Below are positions 19,561 through 28,755 of a stretch of 64,000 nt of DNA, one piece after another. The stretch's first letter is position 1. Every line of letters starts with the position of its first letter. The position numbers and the translations under genes are program-made. The stretch spans positions 896,001-960,000 of the forward strand of contig CAXXVS010000002.1 of assembly GCA_963674755.2 (NCBI GenBank), in the 5' to 3' direction. The notes beneath the pieces were generated by a model. That model worked only from the letters and a program-made list of their open reading frames with translations, ran no database searches and was not told the DNA's origin. Source of the DNA: Desulfobacterales bacterium. Its GTDB lineage: Bacteria > Desulfobacterota > Desulfobacteria > Desulfobacterales > UBA5852.

Positions 19561-20145
19561 ATGAAAACAGACAATGAACCTCCGGTGAACCCCAGCGCTC
19601 TGCGCCGTTTCAACCGGGGCGTCGGCAAGGTCATCAACGCGGTGGAAGTCTCCATTCTGGTGTTCTGCGTGGCGGCCCTGGGGGTGCTCTTGATCACGGA
19701 AGTGGTGGCGCGCACCTTTTTCCAGAGCATCTATTTCGCCGAAGAAATCTCCATGTTTCTCGTGATGCTGACGACTTTTGCCGGCGTGAGCTACGGCGTG
19801 CGCAAAGCCCGGCACATCCGTATGGGCGCCTTCCTGGACATGATGCCGCCTAAAATGGAAAAGACCTTCATCATTATCATATCGCTGATCAGTGCCGTGG
19901 TAATGGGGATCATGGCCTATTTTTCCTTCGAATACCTGATGAACGCCATGTCCCGGGGCCATATGAGCCCGGCCCTGCGGGTCCCCAAGTGGATCTTTTA
20001 TGTGATCGTACCGGTGGGCTTCGGCCTTGCCAGTATCCAGTACATCCGCACGATCATTAAAAACATCATCGAGAAGGAGCCCTGGCAGAGCCCGGACCAG
20101 CAGAGCGAATACGAAGATGAAGAGATCGGGGGGGCCTCGCTATGA
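19561..20145 (+). CDS. dctQ: TRAP small permease DctQ
   Basis: 4 TM helices; AEEIS, HIRM motifs; position in operon. Confidence 0.88.
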   Translation: MKTDNEPPVNPSALRRFNRGVGKVINAVEVSILVFCVAALGVLLITEVVARTFFQSIYFAEEISMFLVMLTTFAGVSYGVRKARHIRMGAFLDMMPPKMEKTFIIIISLISAVVMGIMAYFSFEYLMNAMSRGHMSPALRVPKWIFYVIVPVGFGLASIQYIRTIIKNIIEKEPWQSPDQQSEYEDEEIGGASL

Positions 20146-21428
20146 CACTATTCGGCATCAGTCTGGCCAGTATGCTTTTGATCGGGTTCCCCTTCATGGT
20201 GACCCTGCTGGGATCCCTGATTCTCTATGTCTATGTTTATATGCCGGGCATGGCACCTAAACTGGTGACGACCATGGTGCAGCAGGTGATCACTGGTGTG
20301 ACGCCGCCGGCTCTGGTATGCGTGCCCATGTTCATCCTCTCGGCCAGTATCATAACCTCCGGCAAATCCGCCCGGCGGCTGATCGAGATGATCAAGGCTT
20401 TCGTGGGCCACCTGCCCGGGGGACTACCCATTACCACCAATGCCAGTTGCACCCTCTTCGGGGCGGTCTCCGGTTCCACCCAGGCCACCGTGGCCGCCAT
20501 CGGCGGTACCATGCGCCCCATGCTGCTGGAAGCCGGCTATCCCAGCTCCTTTACCCTGGGATTGATTATCAATTCCAGCGACATCGCTTTTCTGATTCCC
20601 CCCAGCATCGGCTTCATCGTCTACGGCGTGGCGACCAGCACTTCCATCGGAATGCTGTTTCTGGCCGGGGTCTTCCCGGGCCTGATGATCCTGATTATGT
20701 TTTCCACCTACTGCTTCATCTATTCCAAGATCAAAAAGGTGGGGGTTCTTCCCCGCGCGAACTGGTCCCAACGGTGGAAGGCCGTCCGCCAGGGGCTGCC
20801 GGTCATGGGGTTTCCGGTCATTATTGTGGGCGGCATCTACGCGGGCTACCTCAGTCCCACGGAGGCGGCGGCGGTATCCGTGGCTTACGCCCTGTTTCTG
20901 GAGACCGTCGTCTACAGAAGCATTACCTTTGAGCGGATCGTGGACGCCTTTCTGCAGACCGGCGTCATCACCGGCGTGGTGTTCATCCTCGTGGGAGCCG
21001 GACAGGCCTTCTCCTGGATGATCGGTTTCATGCAGATCCCCCAGCAAATCCTGCCTCCGTTGTTCGGCGCCGACCCTTCCGTCTTGCGGGTGATCGTCAT
21101 CGTGGTTTGCGTGTACTTCGTGGCCTGCATGTTCGTGGACCCCATCGTGGCCATCTTCATCCTGAGCCCCATTTTCCAGCCCTATGTCCTGAGCTCCGGC
21201 GTGGATCCGATTTTGCTGGGGACCCTCGTGACCCTGCAGGCGGCCATCGGTTCCGCCACGCCCCCCTTTGGATGCGACATCTTCACCGCCCAGCTGATCT
21301 TCAGACGACCCTATGTCGAGGTCATCGGACATGCCCTGCCGTTTATCCTGATCCTGATCCTGGCGACCGTCATCCTGGTCGTCTTTCCCCAGATCACGCT
21401 GTTTTTGCCGCAGTTGGCCATGGGATAG
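20142..21428 (+). CDS. dctM: TRAP large permease DctM
   Basis: VPMFIL, FGAVSGS, LIPPSI, PTEAA, TPPFG; about 12 TM. Confidence 0.92.
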   Translation: MTLFGISLASMLLIGFPFMVTLLGSLILYVYVYMPGMAPKLVTTMVQQVITGVTPPALVCVPMFILSASIITSGKSARRLIEMIKAFVGHLPGGLPITTNASCTLFGAVSGSTQATVAAIGGTMRPMLLEAGYPSSFTLGLIINSSDIAFLIPPSIGFIVYGVATSTSIGMLFLAGVFPGLMILIMFSTYCFIYSKIKKVGVLPRANWSQRWKAVRQGLPVMGFPVIIVGGIYAGYLSPTEAAAVSVAYALFLETVVYRSITFERIVDAFLQTGVITGVVFILVGAGQAFSWMIGFMQIPQQILPPLFGADPSVLRVIVIVVCVYFVACMFVDPIVAIFILSPIFQPYVLSSGVDPILLGTLVTLQAAIGSATPPFGCDIFTAQLIFRRPYVEVIGHALPFILILILATVILVVFPQITLFLPQLAMG

Positions 21429-21672
21429 TGAATTGGCCGTGCCGGGTCCGCGACATTAATGCGGATTAAAGACGAGACTCAGCGATTAAGAGAGGGATGT
21501 GAAGAAGGAAAAAGGGTAAAAAGCGGCATTGAAAAGGAAAAGGGGACCGGCTGACCGACATTGTCCGTTTTCCCAGTGCCGCTATCCGTTTGTTTGACGT
21601 TTTGAATGACAACTGGAATGCCTAAATCGCCTACCGGTCATTCGCCTGTGGGTGATCGCATGAGGAAATCCT

Positions 21673-22683
21673 ATGGCAAAAAATCATGCCACCCAACAGA
21701 TGCCGACGCTGCATGACACCTATCTGGCCCAACGCCGCATCCAGCCTTTGATCTGGGAAACCCCGCTTAGGGAATGCCGCGAACTGGCCGAGCGAACCGG
21801 AGCCCGAAGCGTACACTTCAAACTGGAATGCCTGCAGCATACGGGCGCCTTCAAGGTGCGGGGGGCCGCCAACAAGATCCTTGGCCTAACGGATGAGGCT
21901 CGGCAAAAAGGCGTGGCCACCTTTTCAACGGGTAACCACGGCAAAGCGGTGGCTTTTGTGGCGGAAAGGAGCGGCATCCCGGCCGTGGTCTGCCTTTCCG
22001 AGCACGTGCCCGTCTACCGGGCGGATATGATCCGCGCCCTGGGGGCCGAGTTGTCCATCAAAGGCCAATCCCAGGACGAAGCCGAGGCCAACTACCATCG
22101 GCTCGTCGCGGAGCGGGGACTCGTTCCGGTGGTCCCTTTCGACGATCCTGCCATCATTGCCGGACAGGGCACCATCGCGCTGGAGATCCTGAAGACGCTT
22201 CCCGACACGGACATCCTTATCATCCAACTGTCCGGCGGCGGCCTGCTGGCCGGCATCGCCATGGTGGCCAAATCCATCAATCCTGCTATTCGGGTTGTGG
22301 GGGTCTCCCTGGAACGATCCCCGGCCATGCTGAAAAGCATCGAGGCCGGACGGCCGGTACAAGTGGAAGAGATGGACACCATCGCCGATTCGCTTCTGGG
22401 GGGTATCGGCAGGGATAACCACTACACGCTGCCCCTGGTGAGGCGCTTCGTGGACCACCATTTGGTCGTTGCCGAAGATCCTATTAAGGACGCCATGGTT
22501 TATCTCTTTGACCGGCATCGGCTAATTGCCGAGGGCGCCGCCGCTGTCGGGGTGGCCGTGCTGCTCCACGGAATGCTGAATGTAACCGGTCAGCGGGTCG
22601 TTACCTTGCTGTCGGGCAGCACCATCGATTCAGAGGTCTATCTCCAAGTCCTGCAAGAGAGGAGCAAGGCTTCGCCGATTTGA
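21673..22683 (+). CDS. eutB: Threonine/serine dehydratase family, EutB-like (hydroxyectoine utilisation)
   Basis: KLECLQHTGAFKVRGA, STGNHG, IAGQGTIALE, SGGGL, ADSLLGGIG; context with eutD. Confidence 0.75.
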   Translation: MAKNHATQQMPTLHDTYLAQRRIQPLIWETPLRECRELAERTGARSVHFKLECLQHTGAFKVRGAANKILGLTDEARQKGVATFSTGNHGKAVAFVAERSGIPAVVCLSEHVPVYRADMIRALGAELSIKGQSQDEAEANYHRLVAERGLVPVVPFDDPAIIAGQGTIALEILKTLPDTDILIIQLSGGGLLAGIAMVAKSINPAIRVVGVSLERSPAMLKSIEAGRPVQVEEMDTIADSLLGGIGRDNHYTLPLVRRFVDHHLVVAEDPIKDAMVYLFDRHRLIAEGAAAVGVAVLLHGMLNVTGQRVVTLLSGSTIDSEVYLQVLQERSKASPI

Positions 22684-22712
22684 TAGTTGCAGGGTATGAA
22701 AGGGGGAACACC

Positions 22713-23750
22713 GTGAGATGGAAAACGACTATCCTGGCGACCGTGTTTGCCGGAACGCTCATCTTCGGGACCACCACGCAGGCTCTGGCTGTTAAGCGCT
22801 TATGGCAGATTGCGCTCGAGGAGATCGAGGGCAGTATGCAATTTGCATATGCCCAAAAATTTGTCAATGTTATCGAGACCAACACCGGCGCGGAGATTCG
22901 CTGCGAAATTCATCCTTATGGCGAACTCGGCACTTCGGGAGATATCACCCGGCTCCTGCAAAACGGCGATCTTCAGTTTGCGTTTCAATCACCCGGTCAT
23001 TTGGGTGCCATTATTCCCGAGGTGCAGGTTTTCTCCATTCATTATCTCTTCCCGACGGATTCCAAACAACTTGAACGGATGCTTCGTCATGGGCCTCAAA
23101 CCCGGCGCACGCTTGGGAAATATTACCGCCAAAACCGCCTGGAATTGCTATCCATCATCGCAGAGGGCTGGCAGATCTGGACGGCCGACAAACCCATCCG
23201 TTCGCCCGCCGATTTTAAGGGCGTCACTTTTAGGGTCATGTCCTCACCGCTGCTGATAACCGCTTATCGCCTTTATGGCGCCTATGCGATCACCGTGCCT
23301 TATTCGGAGATTTACACTGATCTTGAACTGGGGCGCATCGATGCCGAAACGCAGCCTTTTTTTGCCATCCAGGAAATGAAGTTCTATGAAGTCCAGGATT
23401 ACATGATCAATGCCCGGCAGCTGCCCTTTATTGCCACCTTTGTTGCCAACCGTGATTTCATGGACGGCCTGCCCGAAGAAATCCGTCAAACGATTCAGGA
23501 AGCCGTCGAGACGTCCAACGACTTCATTTTCGATCTGGAGGCGCGGATGAATGCCGAGCGGTATCAAATGATCATGAAGACCAAGCCCTCCATGCAATAT
23601 ATAGAACTGACCAAGCAAGAGATCGATGTTTTCCGGTCCAAAGCAAAACCCCTGCGCCAAAAATATTTGAAAATGGGAGGCACGGGGGCGCAGGAGGTGC
23701 TGGATGCGGTCCTAAAGGACAAGGCCTGGGCGGAGCAGCAGGGGAATTAA
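22713..23750 (+). CDS. dctP: Second TRAP substrate-binding protein DctP
   Basis: GTG start; signal peptide; HPYGELG, EGWQ, FRVM, MKFYEVQDY. Confidence 0.88.
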   Translation: MRWKTTILATVFAGTLIFGTTTQALAVKRLWQIALEEIEGSMQFAYAQKFVNVIETNTGAEIRCEIHPYGELGTSGDITRLLQNGDLQFAFQSPGHLGAIIPEVQVFSIHYLFPTDSKQLERMLRHGPQTRRTLGKYYRQNRLELLSIIAEGWQIWTADKPIRSPADFKGVTFRVMSSPLLITAYRLYGAYAITVPYSEIYTDLELGRIDAETQPFFAIQEMKFYEVQDYMINARQLPFIATFVANRDFMDGLPEEIRQTIQEAVETSNDFIFDLEARMNAERYQMIMKTKPSMQYIELTKQEIDVFRSKAKPLRQKYLKMGGTGAQEVLDAVLKDKAWAEQQGN

Positions 23751-23818
23751 CACTTTCGGAAACATCTCACCAAGCTGTTAAAGAAGAGTGCCATTTACTT
23801 CACATAGAGGATGATCAT

Positions 23819-25000
23819 ATGAATAAAAATCCTTTGTTTACATTGGATATTTATCAACAGCGGGTGCGCGATGTCAAAGCGCGTATGGACCATGCGGGAA
23901 TGGAACTCCTGCTCGTGATGGATCCGGCCAACATGAATTACCTGAGCGGTTACGACGGCTGGTCCTTCTACGTGCACCAGGGTCTGGTGGTCGATTTGAA
24001 TGCCGAATGCCCCTTCTGGTTCGGCCGGGAGCAGGATTCCAACGGGGCACGGCTGACATCATGGCTTCCGGAAGAGGCCATCTACGGATATCCGGACCAT
24101 TATGTCCAATCCCGCTACACCCACACCATGCGCTATTTGGCCGACCTCCTGCGGGAGAAGGGGCTGGATCGGAAACGCCTCGGTCTGGAGATGGACGGCT
24201 ACTGGTTCAATGCCCGCATGTATCTGACCCTTCAGGAAGAACTGCCCCGGGCGCACCTGATGGATGCCACCCACTTGGTCAACTGGGTGAAAACCGTGAA
24301 ATCACCCGAGGAGATTGCCGTCATGCGCGAGGCGGCCCGTATCTGCGAGGAGGTCATGGGAACCGCCGTCGAGGAGATCGAGGTGGGCGTTTGGGAGAAG
24401 GATGTGGCCGCCAAGGTGTGCGCCGCCCAAATCGCCGGAACGGAGACCTTTGGGGGGTCTTCGCCGGCCATCTTCCCGATCATGCCCTCGGCCGAACGGA
24501 CTTCGACGGCGCATCTCACTTTCGATCCGGACCGGCGCTACCAGAAAAACGACGTGGTGCTGCTGGAGTTGAGCGGCGTCCGGCACCGCTACCATGCCCC
24601 TCTTTCACGTACGGTTTACTTGGGCGATCCTCCCGAAGACCTGCGCCGCACCGCCGAAGCGGTGATCGAAGGGCTCCAGAAGACGCTATCCTATATGGGG
24701 CCCGGGGTGACGGCGGAGGAGGTGGAGGCCTGCTGGCGTGAGGCGATTGCCCATACCGGCCTGGTCAAGCCCTCGCGGGTCGGATACTCTTACGGACTCA
24801 ACTATGTGCCGGACTGGGGCGAGCATACGGTAAGTCTGCGGCCTGGGGACAAAACGGTTCTCAAAGCGGGTATGACCCTTCATTTCATGCCGGGCATCTG
24901 GCTGGACGACTACGGATTCGAATGTAGCGAACCCGTCTTGATTAACGAGAGCGGATGCGAAAAATTTATCGAATTCCCTCAGGAACTGGTGATCAAATAA
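23819..25000 (+). CDS. eutD: Ectoine hydrolase EutD/DoeA-like, paralog 2
   Basis: DPANMNYLSGYDGWSFYVHQ, GLNYVPDWGEHTVSLRPGD. Confidence 0.78.
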   Translation: MNKNPLFTLDIYQQRVRDVKARMDHAGMELLLVMDPANMNYLSGYDGWSFYVHQGLVVDLNAECPFWFGREQDSNGARLTSWLPEEAIYGYPDHYVQSRYTHTMRYLADLLREKGLDRKRLGLEMDGYWFNARMYLTLQEELPRAHLMDATHLVNWVKTVKSPEEIAVMREAARICEEVMGTAVEEIEVGVWEKDVAAKVCAAQIAGTETFGGSSPAIFPIMPSAERTSTAHLTFDPDRRYQKNDVVLLELSGVRHRYHAPLSRTVYLGDPPEDLRRTAEAVIEGLQKTLSYMGPGVTAEEVEACWREAIAHTGLVKPSRVGYSYGLNYVPDWGEHTVSLRPGDKTVLKAGMTLHFMPGIWLDDYGFECSEPVLINESGCEKFIEFPQELVIK

Positions 25001-25015
25001 AAAAAGGAAGCCTTC

Positions 25016-25393
25016 ATGGATAAAGAGGTTATCTACACGGCAGAAGCCCCTGAGCCCGGCCCCTATTCCCAGGCTATTCGTTACGGCAACCTCATTTTCG
25101 TGGCTGGTCAGACATCGGAAGATCCCGAGACCAGCTGTCCAGTGCACGGCTCCGTTACAGTCCAGACCGAGCGGATTATGCGAAATATCGAAACCATCTT
25201 GAAGGCCGCCGGCACCGGGCTTGAAAAGATTCTGCGGGTGGATGTCTACCTGAGCTCGTTGGCCTTCAAGCCGGAGTTCAACGCGGCCTACGCCCAATTT
25301 TTTGCAGGTGCTCCCCCGGTGCGCAATTGCGTGGCCGTAGCGGGGATTGATGATGGCCTGGATGTGGAGATTGAGGTCATCGCGGGGGTATAA
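25016..25393 (+). CDS. ridA: RidA/YjgF-family enamine/imine deaminase
   Basis: PGPYSQAI, FVAGQ, PVRNCV (conserved Arg), VEIEVIA. Confidence 0.85.
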   Translation: MDKEVIYTAEAPEPGPYSQAIRYGNLIFVAGQTSEDPETSCPVHGSVTVQTERIMRNIETILKAAGTGLEKILRVDVYLSSLAFKPEFNAAYAQFFAGAPPVRNCVAVAGIDDGLDVEIEVIAGV

Positions 25394-25622
25394 ACCCCAA
25401 TAGCATGGGAAAGACGAAATGCCCCTCAAGCCGATAGGGCATTTTGAATCAAATTCTCGTTCTCTCGACTTCATCAAGCCCTGCAGTGTAACCCCGCCTA
25501 CCGTTCCTCGAAAGTGCGTTGAATGATGAATAATTCAACGGCCATGGATTTCCCCTTTTCATTTGCGGTATTAGAGCCGGCCCAGAGGCGCGATCTAAGG
25601 CGCCTTCACAACTGAAAAGGGC

Positions 25623-25649
25623 TCAAGTTTAGAAAACGCCGGGCGATAA
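25623..25649 (+). promoter_or_regulatory. sigma28 (FliA) promoter upstream of motAB
   Basis: TCAAGTTT-N11-GGCGATAA. Confidence 0.75.
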
Positions 25650-25660
25650 ACTATGTGATG

Positions 25661-25740
25661 CTGCCCTTTGGCAACTGGGTGGGCTTGGATGCCGTCGCGC
25701 TCCTAAAGAGCGGACCGACTGCGACGTTTGCCAAAGGCAG
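25661..25740 (+). promoter_or_regulatory. Structured 5' leader of motA (candidate cis-regulatory RNA)
   Basis: Outer stem CTGCC(C)TTTGGCAA/TTGCCAAAGGCAG; inner GTCGC/GCGAC; CGCTC-ctaaa-GAGCG hairpin. Confidence 0.45.
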
Positions 25741-25831
25741 ATTGGATTAAAGGGGGCCTGTTGCGTTGAAAGTCCGGCGGTTATCATCTTCAATCGTTTC
25801 AAATTAAACCTGGAGGAGAAGCGATAGGGTT

Positions 25832-26629
25832 ATGGATCTGGCAACCATCATCGGGCTGATCGGCGGCACAGGATTGATCGTCACTTCCATTGTGTTGGGG
25901 GGAAGCGCCTCTGTTTTTTTCAATGTGCCGAGCCTTCTGATTGTCGTTGGGGGAACCTTTGCGACGTCTTTTATAAAATTTACCCTGTCGGATGTTTTCA
26001 ATTCCATCCAGGTCGGCATGAAGGCCTTTCTTGTCAAAGTGGAACCGCCCGAGGACATCATCCAGACCATGATCGGTTATGCCAAAATGGCCAAAAAGGA
26101 GGGGCTTATCTCTCTGGACCAGGAAAACCCCAAGGACCCCTTTATGGCCAAAGCCCTTCGCTATTTATCGGATGGTTACGATGAGCACCTGATCGAGGAA
26201 ATGCTCAACAAGGACATCCGCATGACGGTGACACGCCACACCACCGGCCAAAATGTTTTCAAGGGCATGGGGGACTCGGCACCGGCTTTCGGCATGATCG
26301 GCACCCTGATCGGCCTGGTGCAGATGCTGAGCAGCATGAGTGATCCGGCAAGCATCGGACCTTCCATGGCGGTGGCTCTGCTGACAACCCTTTACGGTGC
26401 CTTGGTTGCCAATTTCATCTGTTTGCCTCTGGCGGACAAGCTTGCCTTGCGGAGTCAGCAGGAACAGCAGACCAAGTCCATCATACGGGAAGCGGCTGTG
26501 GGCATCAACCAGGCCCTTTCACCCATGGTGTTGGAAGAATCCCTGAAAATTTACCTTGCCCCTACGGGACGCAAGAAGAAAGATAAAAAAGTCGACGAAG
26601 AGAGCGAACCTGTCAAGGAAGCCGCCTGA
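25832..26629 (+). CDS. motA: Flagellar stator A subunit (MotA/PomA)
   Basis: MDLATIIG, LIVVGGT, APAFGMIGTLIGLV, MAVALLTTLYG. Confidence 0.93.
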   Translation: MDLATIIGLIGGTGLIVTSIVLGGSASVFFNVPSLLIVVGGTFATSFIKFTLSDVFNSIQVGMKAFLVKVEPPEDIIQTMIGYAKMAKKEGLISLDQENPKDPFMAKALRYLSDGYDEHLIEEMLNKDIRMTVTRHTTGQNVFKGMGDSAPAFGMIGTLIGLVQMLSSMSDPASIGPSMAVALLTTLYGALVANFICLPLADKLALRSQQEQQTKSIIREAAVGINQALSPMVLEESLKIYLAPTGRKKKDKKVDEESEPVKEAA

Positions 26630-26631
26630 TC

Positions 26632-27453
26632 ATGTCTGAAGATGCCACATTCGACGCCCCGCCGGAGGATAAGGGGGCACCCAGATGGATGGTCACCTTT
26701 GGTGATTTAATGAGTCTCCTGCTTTGCTTTTTTGTGCTCCTGCTTTCATTTTCCGAGATGGATCGCCAAAAATACAAATTGGTGGCAGGCTCCCTGGCAC
26801 AGGCCTTCGGAGTCCAGCGCAAGACCAAGTCTGATGAAAGCCCCAAGGGCGCCACGATGGTCGCCCTCAGTTTTGACCAGGACCTTGTTCCGAAGTACAG
26901 GCAGGAGGAATACATTGCCATGGAGGCCATGGAAGCCCTGGGGAAGGATCTTAAAAAGGCGCTGGAGGGAAAGCTCAAGGGGATGGAAGACCAGGTGGAA
27001 ATCGACGTGAACGGCAACCAGACCATTATCCGTTTGCAAGGGGGGGCCACCTTCGATTCCGGCCAGGCCGGCATCAAGGCCCACTTGATCCCCATTCTGG
27101 AGGAAATCGGTCTTCGTTTAAAAGGTACCGACGGCGACATCATCATTGCGGGCCATACCGATAATGTGCCTATTCATGGAGGGCCTTTTGAAACCAATCT
27201 GAAGCTTTCCATCGCACGTGCTGCCGAAGTTGCCGAATTTATGATTGATCGTGTTGGAATTGCACCGGAGCGGATATCCACCATGGGGTTCGGTGAGTAC
27301 CGGCCGGCCTATTCCAACGATACTGAAGATGGCCGGGAAAAAAACCGACGCGTAGAAATCATTTTGACCGCCATGCCAAAAACAATCCCGGAATCTGCTC
27401 CATCGAAATCACCCCTGCCGACCGATTCAGGACCCGAAACGGTCCACCCATAG
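26632..27453 (+). CDS. motB: Flagellar stator B subunit (MotB/PomB)
   Basis: WMVTFGDLMSLLLCFFVLL; OmpA-like domain GHTDN...NRRVEI. Confidence 0.93.
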   Translation: MSEDATFDAPPEDKGAPRWMVTFGDLMSLLLCFFVLLLSFSEMDRQKYKLVAGSLAQAFGVQRKTKSDESPKGATMVALSFDQDLVPKYRQEEYIAMEAMEALGKDLKKALEGKLKGMEDQVEIDVNGNQTIIRLQGGATFDSGQAGIKAHLIPILEEIGLRLKGTDGDIIIAGHTDNVPIHGGPFETNLKLSIARAAEVAEFMIDRVGIAPERISTMGFGEYRPAYSNDTEDGREKNRRVEIILTAMPKTIPESAPSKSPLPTDSGPETVHP

Positions 27454-27582
27454 TGTCGTGCCGCCTGTGTCTATATCGGCAGGCGGCATCGGTGCCGTCA
27501 TGTTCAACCATGCCTAATTGTGTTACGATTGATCTGATGCGACCTGACAAAAATTCCTATGAGCGGGAGTGGCGCTGTCCTT

Positions 27583-28755
27583 ATGCCTGAACATGCCTGG
27601 ATCATAACCCCGGGAGCCTATGAGGATGTCGATCTGGCCGCCCTCGGGATTAACGCCCGCCCCAAGCGCGTTATGGCTTACGCCCTGTCCGATATCGGAC
27701 GCTATCTGCTTTCTCCCGCGCCCATCGAAATTGAAAGCCGCCTGCTGGGATGCGAATGTTGCTTCAAACCAGGGATTTGGCGAAGAGTGAAGTCGGCTGC
27801 AGTGGGTCTGATAAACCGCAAACCCCCTACGGAATCCATAGGCCATCCCGACACGGAGGATCGGCGTCTCCTGCTCGCCCGCCATTTCATGCGGATGCCT
27901 GCCTTGCGGGACCGCCAGCTGGCACGCCATATTGATCGTATACGCGGCCTGCTGCATCCTCTCGACCCTGTGGCCCGTGAAATCGCCACGACCCCTCTCC
28001 AGCGGTTGGCGGATATCCGTGGGGTGTGCGAAGACGAGGGCGGTCATCGCACCTATATCAACCTGAGCGGTGATCTGGAAGCCAAGCGGGGATATGTTCT
28101 CGACCATTTGCTCAAGCGCGTACCCATAACCCTGACACAAGCCCGCATTGCCGACCGTCTTTACGACTTGCGAGGGCTCGACCCGGCGCGCTATCGCTCT
28201 GAACGGCAGCACCGCCTTCTTAGATTCCAGACAAATGGACGTTTTTTCATATGTCTGCTGAGCCGGACCAATAAAGTGTCGTTTTGGGTCGATGATGCCG
28301 ACCGCCTTCGTCAACTGCTGCTGATCCAGCAGGCCCTCGAAACCGATCCTGTTCTGAACAAGGCCTTCGATGAGTGCTTTGAGGGAAGAGCCCGCGCTTT
28401 GCGGCTAATGATCAATCCCGAGATGGATATCGACTACTCCCGCAATCGCCTGCCCAAGGTCTATGAGACCCTATTTGCGTCACTGGAACTGGATGGTGCC
28501 CAGCAGCAAGGTGTGATTCACTCCCTGAACGCCCAGCAGATGGCCATCTCGTTCAGCTTTGTCCCCCAAGACCTGGGAGATTCCCGGGCGATGACCTGCA
28601 TATCGGTCCTGCATGATGTCAAAGCGCTGGAGACTTTTCGGCAGGCCGTGCCGGAACTCTATGCGGAAATCAACCGCAAGGCCACCCTGTCGGAAGCCGG
28701 TAGATACTATTTGTTGGAGTCGATTGAGGGGCATCCTGATGAAGAGGGCTTATAA
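27583..28755 (+). CDS. Hypothetical protein (about 390 aa), translationally coupled to the Lon-like gene
   Basis: Long ORF (alternative start 27559) overlapping the next gene by 17 nt; no motif recognised. Confidence 0.7.
   Translation: MPEHAWIITPGAYEDVDLAALGINARPKRVMAYALSDIGRYLLSPAPIEIESRLLGCECCFKPGIWRRVKSAAVGLINRKPPTESIGHPDTEDRRLLLARHFMRMPALRDRQLARHIDRIRGLLHPLDPVAREIATTPLQRLADIRGVCEDEGGHRTYINLSGDLEAKRGYVLDHLLKRVPITLTQARIADRLYDLRGLDPARYRSERQHRLLRFQTNGRFFICLLSRTNKVSFWVDDADRLRQLLLIQQALETDPVLNKAFDECFEGRARALRLMINPEMDIDYSRNRLPKVYETLFASLELDGAQQQGVIHSLNAQQMAISFSFVPQDLGDSRAMTCISVLHDVKALETFRQAVPELYAEINRKATLSEAGRYYLLESIEGHPDEEGL

Noticed and set aside
9335..25600. Integrative element or genomic island at tRNA-Leu
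   Set aside because: No integrase, no duplicated tRNA 3' end found by eye, and no obvious compositional shift in the coding regions.
25661..25740. Canonical c-di-GMP-I riboswitch
   Set aside because: GGCAAAC...GTTGCC appears only on the strand opposite motA, and the GNRA tetraloop/receptor pattern is missing.
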